From Vitrella brassicaformis CCMP3155 (Eukaryota > Protista > Chromerida): a DNA stretch of 64,000 nt. The notes below the pieces were generated by a model. It was not told the origin of the DNA, searched no databases, and was given only the letters and a program-made list of their open reading frames with translations. Numbering within the stretch: the stretch's first letter is position 1; the number at the start of each line of letters is the position of its first letter. A program made the translations under genes and the position numbers. The stretch is from NCBI GenBank assembly GCA_001179505.1, contig CDMY01000312.1, positions 62,317 to 126,316 on the forward strand. Direction: 5' to 3'. Positions 39,208 to 50,463 of the stretch are shown here, in pieces.

Positions 39208-42200
39208 ATGGCATTCCGCGACGTGTTTGTGGTGGCGCAGGACCCCTTCTGGTTCGACGGTGCCGTGTTCGACTACTGGCTGCACGGCCTGTCCATTGAC
39301 GAGGCGCTTGGCGAGCGGAGGAAGGCGTTCGGCATCGAGGGCAGCGACTTGATGGGTGGCGTGGGTGTGGGCACAGCGCCGCACTCCACGTTCGATGCCT
39401 ACCACTTTGGGAACCTGCTGTCGCTCATCAAGCTCGACACGGTGAGCATGGAAGCGTGTGTGTGCGTGTGGGAGAGAGAGTGAAGAAGGGTCATTGTGTG
39501 TGTGTGTGTGTGTGTGCCTGTCCAATGCAATCATTGTGTGTGTTCTGCAGGCGCATTTGTATCATGTGTTTGAGCTGCTGGAGCTGCAGCTGTACAGCCC
39601 GCAGAGCTTCCTCAGCTTCTCCACGCTGCAGATCAGGGCGTCCGAGAGACGAACCATACTCAGAAAGTAAGTGGGGTGGCACCGACCACACACTGACAGA
39701 CAGACAGACAGCGACCGCACACAGGGAAGTCGCTGCTCATGGGCGTGTGCGTGTGCCTTTGCGTGTGTTGGTCAGATTCTACTCGCTGGATCCCCCTGTG
39801 GTTCGCGAGGTCCTCAAGACCAGCAAGCCTCTCAGCATCAAACAAAAGGCCATACTCCAGATCGGTACCTATGCCCTCAAAGCACCCAAGCCAGTGTGCA
39901 TCAGTCAGGCACCGCACAATCTCCTCCCTCCTCTGCGTGTCACACTGCCTCTGCCCGTCGCTCAGTGCGTGCCACGGGTGTGCGTCATCAGTCTGTGCAG
40001 CGGCAGGTGCTCCGCTTAAATTGACATAGAGGGAGAGTGCCGCACGCAGTGTGCATCTCTGATCGCTCTACCTCCCTCTCTGCCTGTGCGTGTGCGTGCA
40101 GGTCGAGAACATCCGCCGTATGTGTCGCTGGCTTGACACGGACGACGCCTCACAGCCGCAGACACAGAGGCAGGCCCTCGCGCAGCTGTCAGAACTTTTC
40201 GGAGACACATTGGGCGGGTAACCAACCACATGGAGAGAGAGGGGGGGGAAGAGAGAGAGTCAGTGTAATGTGTGGTTGGTGGATGCGTTTGTGGTCAGGC
40301 GATACTACCGTATAAACTTCATCATATCCAACAAGTAAGCGCGATCACAATCAAAGCTCCTCTTCCTCAGTGTGTGTGTGTGTGTGTGTGTATATCTATC
40401 TGTCACTTCCTGTGTGGTGTGTGTCATTGTGATTGCCACTCAGGATCGAGGTGTTCGCCAAGCGCACCAGCCACCTGACCTTCCTGCAGGTGAGTGACGT
40501 TCACAGCCCGCGAACCGAACTAACTGCTGTTGGGTGGATGTTCACCTGAGCGTGTGTGTGGTTGGTTGGTTGATGGTCCTGTATGTGCTGTGCTCGCAGG
40601 TTGACGAGGTGGTGTCGCACTTCCTGTCGTCCTTCACCCCCACGGCCGACAGCTACCTCGACCCGGTGCACCTCGACGCCGTCAAGACCCTACACAGCTT
40701 CTTCAAAAACGTCAGAAATGCTGAAGAATTCAGGTCAAGACACACAAACACCCACCCACCCACCCACACACACACAGTGAGAGGGGCAAGAGAGAGATTC
40801 GTGTTGTGCCGTGTGGTGTGGTGTGGTGTGGTGTCGACAGGCAGCAGCTTCGCCGTGATTGGCTGCGCATATCGGCTGTGCCACAGCCAGCAGCCTCGGC
40901 GCCGCAACCTACAGCAGGTGTGGTGGTCACGGCACACCAAACACCCCACCCCCACACGCCTCTCTGGTGTGCTCGTGTGTGTGCGGGCGGTGGGTGAGCA
41001 GGTGTTCCATCGGTGGCTACTACCGTCGGCACCTCCCAGTTGGGTGCGCACCCGTTGAGAGTGGAGGCCTCCCGGCAGATGAACTCCGCCCTCGTGAAGG
41101 GACTGCTGCAGCTCATCGCCACACTGCAATCGGTGGGCAAGAATGCAGCATGACCATTCAGACATCGACCACCCTCTCTCTCTCTCTCCCTCTGTGTGTG
41201 TGTGTGTGGATGGGCGGTTGCAGCCGACTCATTTGACGAAGCTGTTCTCCATGCTGACAGAGTTCGCTGACCGCATCAAAGCCATCGAGCCCTCACACCA
41301 AGACGTATGCTATGCGTGTGGGTCTAGCATGCAGCCTAGCCCACCTTCTACACACATGTGGTGGTGTGCTGACCGTGTCATTCTGTCATTCTGCAGCTGC
41401 AGGGATTCATCGAGGCAGCCAAGGCGGCCTTCACGCGGCTGACGGACGCCAGGCGCGGCCCCGCGCCCTCTGACGACTCGCCATCGCACCCCATCGCCGA
41501 GCCACACGTCGAGGCCACATTCGTCAAATGCTGCGACTTCATCGGGTGGGTGGCCAGNNNNNNNNNNNNNNNNNNNNNNNNNNNNNNNNNNNNNNNNNNN
41601 NNNNNNNNNNNNNNNNNNNNNNNNNNNNNNNNNNNNNNNNNNNNNNNNNNNNNNNNNNNNNNNNNNNNNNNNNNNNNNNNNNNNNNNNNNNNNNNNNNNN
41701 NNNNNNNNNNNNNNNNNNNNNNNNNNNNNNNNNNNNNNNNNNNNNNNNNNNNNNNNNNNNNNNNNNNNNNNNNNNNNNNNNNNNNNNNNNNNNNNNNNNN
41801 NNNNNNNNNNNNNNNNNNNNNNNNNNNNNNNNNNNNNNNNNNNNNNNNNNNNNNNNNCCCCACGCGGCCACACTCCCGCCATCCCACCCGCCCCCCAGCA
41901 CTGCCAGCGTTGACGAGAGCGGTAGCGGTGCTGCTCATCAGGTGCCTGCCAGTGACGGCGGCCAAGATAGGAGAACGGGGCGGTTCAGACTCCCCACCAC
42001 AAGCCTCAGACGATTCCTCAGGCAAGCAAGGGCATGGCAGCCACAGCCACAGACAGCCACACGCAACGCTTCTTTGGGCGTATCACATCACACTCATTGT
42101 GTGTGTGTGTGTGTGTGTGTGTGTGGCCATTCAGGAGTGGCTCGGTGTCTACTGACGTTGGCCGTCCTGCGATGCGTTCGCAGCCCCTGCCCGTGCCGTC

Positions 42201-42241
42201 GGCCACACTGCCGGTCGATCGGTGTTGACGGAAAGCATTAA
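39208..42241 (+). CDS. FIBP (acidic FGF intracellular binding protein)-like; crosses gap 41558-41857
   Basis: DVFVVAQDPFWFDGAVFDYWLHGLSIDEALGERR and DTAHLYHVFELLELQLYSP..FYSLDPPVVREVL match the FIBP N-terminal pattern as I recall it. 3' exons are less certain. Confidence 0.7.
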
Positions 42242-42613
42242 TGCTGCACCGCTGCATTAGTCATCTGTCGCCCTGACTGACTCTGTCGGCTAGAGAGAGG
42301 GAGGGAGAGACGGTATGCGTGCATGTCGATGTAATGTATTGAGATGGCCCGATCTCCGTGTCAAAACCAAAATAACGCCACGACTTGTGCTTGCGTGTAG
42401 CCGTCACAGGGACCGTGGAGGACCGTGGAGCAAATTGCGAGCTCGTGATTACGATTTGTTCAGCTCGCGATGCACACTCGGCTGAGAGAGATGAGAGTCC
42501 TTTGAACAAAGCGTGCCCATCACCTTCTGTCTTTGCATAGCTGTCCCCCATCCTCTCCGTTTCTGTCCAATTGATCTTCCGACTCCCGCCCACGAGCAGA
42601 ACGGACGGACTCA

Positions 42614-45600
42614 TGGGGAATCAGCAGAGTGACGGCCACGCCCACCCGGTGACGCACAGCTGCGTGCAGGGGCTGCAGCTCAACGAAACTCCCGTAACCA
42701 CACACACACACACACACACACGATGATCTGCCTCTCACATAGATCCGATGTGTGTGTGTGTGTGTGTGTTTGTTGGTTCAGCCTCTCGTCCCTCCAGCAA
42801 GATCAGCAGAGTAGGCTGGCTGCGTCGAGATCACCAACCATTGCGACACACAGACAGCCCTGATCTCTCTCCCTTGTTGTTTTTCGTGTGTCAGTGACCC
42901 TCGACTGGCTCGCGAGACGGTGCAGCTGGCACGGCCAGAGGGCGAGGCTGCCTCTGCCGCAGACGGGGGACACCCACGCGAGCATAAAGACCAGCAAGGA
43001 GAGGGAGAGGGGAAGGGCGGCGACGGTGCCCACTCTGAGCCTCCCGACGACGGGTCTCCCAGTGACAGTGCTGCTGTGGCTGTTGCCGCTGCTGAGGGTG
43101 GTGGCACCATCAATGAGGTCCGCGAGGTACAGCGGAAGCGATACGAACAATTCAAACGGTCAGTGAGCAGTGACTGACCAGAGAGAGATCGACCCTTGTG
43201 TTGTGTCTGCTCTGTGTGCCATTCATGAGTGCCATGTCATGTGTGTGTGAGTCAGGTCTCAGCGTGGGTCAGCAGCAGCGTCCGGAAGTGCGTCCGCGAG
43301 CAGCACGGGCGACCCTCCTCCGTGCTACCCCACCACCTACCCCCCGCCCCTCAACAGCCTGCCGCCCAAGCCGGTGCCGGCCGTGCTGCGGCAGCCAGAG
43401 GCAAACCTGCGGGAACTCGACACCCTGTGGATCAGGCCTTACAAGTACGGAAGGAATCGACAGAGAGAGAGAGAGAGAGATGGCTGGGTGGATGTGTGTG
43501 TTGTGATGGTGTTTGTTCAGGACATCTGAGATCGATGCGCTGTTTGAGGACAACCAGCACGACCAGGAGGTCAGTGGGTGAAGCGAAGGGGAGGAGCTGA
43601 TGGGATGGAAGACGGCGTGGCGTGATGTGTCGCGTCGCGTGTCGCGTGTCTTTGTGTGTGCAGCGTGTGCAGCAGTACCTTTGGGACACCTACGTCAAGT
43701 CCTTCTTCAGCGAGCAACTCAGATACGTTGAAAGCGGTCAGTACACAGCACACTGCTCAGTGCGTGAGCAGACAGATTCCCACGTGTGTGTGTGTGTGTG
43801 TAGGTCAAAACCTGGAGATGTGTCCGGCGGGTGTCGAGGAGTTCCCCTGCACCTTCAGGATCACATGCTGCTCACCGTGGGACGGTAGGGAAACAAACCA
43901 TGTCATGCCGGACACAGCACAGCAGCCACACGTTGGTGTGCCGGTGCCGGTGTGGCACACGCTGCAGGGGTGGTGACTGCCTCAACGGTCTTCCATCTCA
44001 TTGGGTGGGGGGGGGGGGGGGGGGGNNNNNNNNNNNNNNNNNNNNNNNNNNNNNNNNNNNNNNNNNNNNNNNNNNNNNNNNNNNNNNNNNNNNNNNNNNN
44101 NNNNNNNNNNNNNNNNNNNNNNNNNNNNNNNNNNNNNNNNNNNNNNNNNNNNNNNNNNNNNNNNNNNNNNNNNNNNNNNNNNNNNNNNNNNNNNNNNNNN
44201 NNNNNNNNNNNNNNNNNNNNNNNNNNNNNNNNNNNNNNNNNNNNNNNNNNNNNNNNNNNNNNNNNNNNNNNNNNNNNNNNNNNNNNNNNNNNNNNNNNNN
44301 NNNNNNNNNNNNNNNNNNNNNNNNNGGGGTGGGCGCATCTGCGGAAGGAAAAGATGACGATCTACTCGCGCCTTCGTGTACTCGTGCATGTCTGTGTATG
44401 TGTCTGTGTCTGTGTGGCAGTGAGCCCTTGATCCACCAGCCGGCCGAGAGGCTCCACCTGCTGCCCATCGGATCGCCGCCAGGTCGGTCACACACCACAT
44501 CCACACCATCATCGACCGACACACCCCTCCCTCCATCGTGGGTGTCTGGCGTCCGCTGTGTACTGTGCCCATTTGCAGCGCTGGCAGGTGTGCCGGACGA
44601 CCAAGCGGGCGCGGCGCTGTTTGCGAGATACATCAAGCCCTTCTTCAGGGCAAACACCTGCAGACACCTCATCGAAGGTGAGTGGCTACACAGGCATCAG
44701 TGACAGACAGACAGACAGACAGACGGGCTTCGCGCGTGTGTGTGTGCGCGTGTGTTGCAGGTGAGACATTGGTATGTGACGACGTGAGGTTCAAGGTGGT
44801 GGCCCTGACCCCCCCACAGGGCTTCATCACCCGGGAAACGGTGGGTGCACTGAGCCAGGCAGCCAGCCAGCCGCTTTCAAATGGATTGTTGCTGCTCCTT
44901 CCCTTTGCCCATCACAGCGCATCCACATGGACGGCACGCCTCTGAGCTATTACGAGCTCGTGGAGTTCCAGCCAATCGACGTACGCCAGCAGGGCCACAC
45001 AGAGCCAGATGATCAGATTGTGTGTGTTGCACACTTGCAGGAGTCGCTGCCTCCGGCGATGAGGGGCGAGCGATACAACGGGGACGCGCAGGACCAGGTG
45101 AGCACACGCACAGAGTCAGTCAGTAGGCGCGTGACATGCCAGGCTGTCACGGTCTCTTTCTCTCTCTCTCTCTCTTTCTCTCAGCTGTTCGAGCTGTACC
45201 TTCGGCCGCATTACGAGGGCAGGGAGTGCATCGTCAGAAACGGTCTGACACGCCCATGGCCGCACACACAACCACTCCGTCCGTCCGTCTGTCTGTGTGT
45301 GTGTTTGGCTGCCCTGCCAGGTGAGGAGATTGTGATCGACAAGGTCCGCTTCAAGCCCATCACTTTCCTCCCCAGACTCAACGGAATCGGTAAGGGCAGC
45401 CCAGCAAGCCAACGAGCCATTCCCTCTCTCTCCTTCCCTTCCGGGGGCCAATTGATAACTAACGTCGATGTGATGCGCGGTAACAGGTGTGGTGGGTGCC
45501 AACACGGCCATCACGTGTGCGCAGCACACCATGTCCGAAGAGGCTCTCCGGCAGCTGCAAATCAACGAAGATATGAGACTCGCCATGCAGCTGCAACAAA

Positions 45601-47147
45601 GAGAGGGTACGGTACCCTACCCTACACACACGCAACCCCCCACACCACACCCTTCTCTCATTTCCCCCATGGTGTGTACCTATGCATTGCTGCAGGCGGC
45701 TTGCGTGGTCTGCGCATGATGGGCCGTGGTCGTGGCGGCCCCCACCCGCCGGCAGAGTTCCCAGGTCTGGTGCGGCTGGGGTTCCCCGGCAGCTCCAGCG
45801 GCATCAGCGACATCGGCGCGTGGCTAAGGGGCACCATACAGGTGCACACACACACACACACTCAGGCAGAAAGGCATGCAGGGAAGGAGACAATTAATGG
45901 GGCCAAACGTATGTCTCTGCGCATCTGTCCTTGTGTGTGTGTGTGTGTGTGTCCAGCAAATGTATGAGACGTTGCCGCGTGACGACCCCCGGCGCGCCCG
46001 TCTGGCGCTGATACTCGAGGAGTTCCCGGACGACACCAACTTCGATATCGATGTACGGTACACACACACCATCTGACGCCTGTGATCGAAGTCGCCCCTG
46101 CCCACACGCGTGTGTGTGTGTGTGTGTGCGTGTGTGTGTGGTGCAGACTTTGCAGCGGTTCCGCGAGCGGCTGGAGTTCAGAGGGGCCTCTGAGCAGGAC
46201 ATTCAGAGGTGGGTGGGTGAAGACGATGATGCGACCAAGGCCATGGCATCTCTGTGTGTTTCTGTTTGGCAGGCGGACCATCACGTGGAATTTCGCCAAG
46301 CCTGCACACCCGCCTCCATCGGAAGACATCGAATCAGACGACCGGCTCACGTAAGGACAGCACACACACGCGCCCCCCCACCATCATTCACTCGGCTGTT
46401 GTTCTGTTCTGTCAGTTGTCGCATATGCCTGGCGCCATTTGAGAACGACGAGCTCATCCGCTGCCTCCCATGCTGTGAGAAAACACCTCACAACACACAC
46501 GCGCCAGAAAGCAGTGCGACACACAAGCGGTCCTCCTTCCCTCTGTGTGGTGTGTTGTCTGTCTGGTCCGGTGTGTTGGGTCGGTCAGTCCACCGGTTTC
46601 ACTCGACGTGTGCCACGAGCTGGCTGCGGCAAAGCAAGGTCTGCCCCATTTGCAAGATGGCCATCGACGCCAGCGGCACGTAAGCAAACCACACCACACC
46701 ACACCACACCAGCACCCACCCTCATCATTGAGAGTGTGTGTGTGTGTGTGTGTGTTCCACAGTGACACCAATCCCTTCGGTGAGACCCCCGACCTCCTCG
46801 GCGCACCTGCACCTACAGCAGACCAGCAGCAGCAGCCAGCGGCACCATCAGCAGAAGAAGGAGACGAAGAGGAGGCCGATGCGTCCTCCGACGACCAAGC
46901 AGACTCGCCCCCCAGCTCAGCACCCCACCTCCCCTCGTCGAGCAGCGCCTCTCCCCCTCCCCCTGTCCCTCCGCCGCCACCCCCACCACCCGGCCTGCCG
47001 CCCACTCTGCCCGACCAGCAGCCATCTGCCGGTGGTGGTCGCCAGGCGCGCGTGCTGCCCGATGAAGAGGTGGCAGCCTTCTTTGGCGAGGAGCCGCCGG
47101 GCATGCCGGAGAGGCGGCGGCCGGCCAGGGGGAATGAGTTCCTCTGA
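42614..47147 (+). CDS. RING-H2 E3 ligase with N-myristoylation-type start, three CDC48/p97 N-domain subdomain-2-like repeats and an MIU-like motif; crosses gap 44026-44325
   Basis: MGNQQS start; repeats YLWDTYVKSFF, LFARYIKPFF, LFELYLRPHY; EDMRLAMQLQQRE; RING CRICLAPFENDELIRCLPC.HRFHSTCATSWLRQSKVCPICK; TGA 47145-47147. Confidence 0.8.
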
Positions 47148-47735
47148 GAGAGGAGTTGACTGACTGGGTGGTGCAGACAAACTACGGCATGAGTGGGCTT
47201 TGTTGGAATTAGAGGGTCCCCTCTGTTGGGTGGGTGGTAAAGCGGCTTGATATACATCGATCTGTGATTGTTACAGTGTACGACGTATCAGTTGGTGTGT
47301 GGCTGGCTGATCTTTCCTCTGGCGTGATCTGTGCACCAGAGGCTCTCCACGCTCATCCTTTCAGGTTTTTCCTCCTGGCTGGCTGTGCGTGGCGGGGTCG
47401 GGAGACGCAGATCAGGCCGGGAGAGAGAGAAAGCAACGGGCTGTAAGTAAGAGCGTGAGGCTGTATTGATCAGATCAGTGTGGTCTCCCTGACTGTGCGG
47501 CTTGTGCCCTTCATGCCTCCTCGCCGTCACCCACCGGCAGTGCAGATGACCGGTGGCACCGCCCGGCTGTCACGCCGGCTGTCACGCAGGCACCTGACCT
47601 GTCGGGTGGAGACGGCGAGGACACCAGGCTACGGGAAGGAACGCCATCGATGTCAGACGAACAGTGTCATGGTGTGGGGGGTATTTTTAACACATACATG
47701 TTACAGTACATTTATTTCGTCTTCGGGGCCACACA

Positions 47736-47795
47736 GAATTAAGCACAGGTGTTACAAAATCGTCGCGGCGATATCGTAACACTGTGCTTTAATTC
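47736..47795. repeat. 60-nt near-perfect inverted repeat (hairpin) upstream of the tRNA
   Basis: GAATTAAGCACAGGTGTTAC ... GTAACACTGTGCTTTAATTC, with an inner ATCG..CGAT pairing. Confidence 0.8.
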
Positions 47796-47842
47796 GACGG
47801 CGTGAATGGCCATAGAAAGGAGAGTCCCGGCTGCAGACGGAT

Positions 47843-47925
47843 GTCAACATGGCCGAGTGGTTCAAGGCGTCAGACTTAAGATCTGATGGAGCAATTCCGC
47901 ATGGGTTCGAACCCCATTGTTGACA
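47843..47925 (+). tRNA. tRNA-Leu(UAA), intronless
   Basis: Acceptor stem GTCAACA/TGTTGAC, D arm GGCCGAGTGGTTCAAGGC, anticodon arm TCAGA-CTTAAGA-TCTGA, long variable arm, T arm GGGTTCGAACCC. Confidence 0.96.
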
Positions 47926-48085
47926 CTTAGACCTAAAAACACTCAGGACCGTGCGGCAAGTGTTTTGACCCTTGTTGTGCCTCCCGCTGCTTGCTGTTTT
48001 GTTTGAGGCCTCCTCAGCCGAGGAAATGCGCATAGCCGATTCCCAGTCACACACAGAGAGGAGAAGAGGAGAAAGAGCAGACTGA

Positions 48086-49782
48086 ATGCATGGCCATCCT
48101 CGCCTCACCTCCAGCAGCACATCTGTCGGGAGAGAGCAGCACCATCAGTTCATCAGCAGGTCGGGCGGTCGCAGCCACCATCACGGCGGGTCATCGTGCT
48201 CCATCCAGGACAACAACAGAAAGGAGGACATCTGGCTGGCGTATGGGGCGCTGATGAGTCTGTATGCCAGCCGACATCTGCTTGTTGATGATACGCATGA
48301 CGTCGGTGAGTGAGAGAGAGAGATCGTGCGAATGGAGAGAGAGAACGGACAGAAGAGAGAGCTGCTTTGTGTGTGGTCTGTGCCTGCAGATACGATTGCA
48401 TCCACAGTTGGCGTCGCGCTGGGCCTCTCTCTGAAGGTGGCGACCATCACGCCCGACACGCTGCCTGCCCACCTCTTCACCACCTACGCCAACCACCCCC
48501 TACCGCAGCCGTCCTCACGGCAGCTGGTGACCGCGTCGTCATCCGTCAGCCACCCGCAGGCATCGCCGGCAGCCAAGAGCGCCTTCGTCCTGCCGCACGT
48601 CCTCATCCTGCTCAGCATCCACGAGGCCTCGTTTGCCCTGCAACGGGCCCTCGTGTCCCTCATCCATGACAAGAAGCTGCGCGTCGCCACGGACCACCAT
48701 CACCCGCACTATCGCGATTTCACGCTCCCGGAGCCCTTTCTGCTGGTGGGTGTGGTGCGCTTCCCGGGCCTGCTGCTGCCGCGGCTGCTGGATGAGTGTT
48801 TGGTGTGGGTGCGGGGCGGGGAGAGGGAGAGGGAGAAGGCTCGTCGGCTGCCTGACCTGGGCGTGTTGCGGCAAGACGATAGCGAGACCGTCAGCAAGAT
48901 CAGAAGCGTCCATGTCAGGTAAGCACAAAGTAGGGAGGAAGAGATGGATGGATGGATAAATGGATAGATGGATGGATGGATGGATGGCGGTCGGTTCCGA
49001 TTGTCGACGCTCTATCGTGTCGTGTTGATTGCAGCCTTGGGATAACTCAGTACATCCGTGACATTGTCAACCACCTCCTCGTGTCGCCTCTGGTGAGAGA
49101 GAGTGACTGACATGTATCCCGTGGCCAGGAGGGACTACAAGAAGGCGTCTACTTGCATGTGTGTGTGTGTGTGTGTGTGTGTCCGTCAGGCCCGTGGCGG
49201 TCCCCCCCTAGGCACTGTGCGAGCGCTGGAAGTCGCCTCACGGTGGGCACGCAGAGAGAGTGGCTGAACGGGACGCACAGTCCATGTGAGTGTATCTATC
49301 AACTGGTAGGATCGAGGCCTTCTGTCGTCGGAGCATCTGCGTCACGCCCACACACGTCAAGTCTGTGGTGAGAAAGACTGAAAGTCTTTCACAAGCCAAC
49401 AGACTCTACCCTGAGGCTCCCACCTGAAGAGTGCTTTCATATGCAGGCGCCTCTGGTGCTGTCACATCGCATTCAGACCGTCCTCACCCAGCCGCCCACC
49501 GCGGCACAGCAAGACGACGGCATCACCACCAGCACCGACAAGAAGCCCTCGCGCCTGTTCCTACCCCGACAGCGGAGGGGCTCACACATCGCTGCGGCCA
49601 GAGAGCGGGAGAGCGAGCAGGAAGACTTTGATGGCGACGGCCATGGTGCTGCTGAGGTGGTGACGCATGTAGACGTGGCCAAGATGGCGCGAGTAGAGGG
49701 GGGTGAGGGCAGTGGCAGCTGGGTGGTTGACCCGAGTGAGGCGGTGCTGTGGACACTCAAGTGTGTGGCACCGCCGTGTTGA
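48086..49782 (+). CDS. MoxR/RavA-like AAA+ protein with degenerate catalytic motifs, 6 exons
   Basis: Collinear with MoxR: ALGLSLKVATITPDTLPAHL, LQRALVSLIHDKKLRV, FTLPEPFLLVG, VHVSLGITQYIRDIV, RRSICVTPTHVKSVAPLVLSHRI. Confidence 0.75.
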
Positions 49783-50463
49783 TAGATGGATGGATGGACG
49801 GACGGATGGACGGGAGGGCGGGAGGGAAGGACATTGTATGTCTGCAAGTTGATCGGTCGATAGATCAGACTCTTTCTGTGTAAGTTAAAAGGTTGGCTGC
49901 ATTGCATTCACTCACTGGCAGGGCAGTCGCAATACGTATGGATGGATGCGCATACGTACGGGCATACACACAGTCTCTCGACAGAAGACAAGACGAACGC
50001 AACGCAACGAAACAGTCGACATTCCATCATCCCCTTTGTTTGCCCCACTTCTCCCTCTACCCTCTACGCTCACCGCCGTCTGTCCGTCCGTCCGTCCGCC
50101 TGTCTGTGTATCATCTGTGTCTCCGTCCTTGTCCGGTGGGCTCGAGAAACTTTCCCCATCTCTCTAGGGACGACTCTCTAGTCCACACACACATGGGGCT
50201 GGGCTGCATGACCGTTAGCTAAACCGACAGGTAGGTGCAATGCTCGCCTTCTCCCATACAACGAAACGAAACGAAACGAAATGTGTCTGTATACCCACAC
50301 ACACGCGCGTAGACATCCACCAAGCACGACTAGTTATGGAAGCGCCATACACAAGCTACCGTCGATGGAGCCAGCAGACAGACAGGCAGGGAGGAAGATG
50401 TGATTTGTATCTTCCGTTGCTTGCCGCTGGTGGCTGGCTGGCAGGTAGGTAGCTCAGGTAGGG

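Noticed and set aside
44001-44025. Poly-G tracts as functional elements (also about 52708-52720)
   Set aside because: They abut gaps inside introns; length is unreliable and they are likely the cause of the sequencing dropout.
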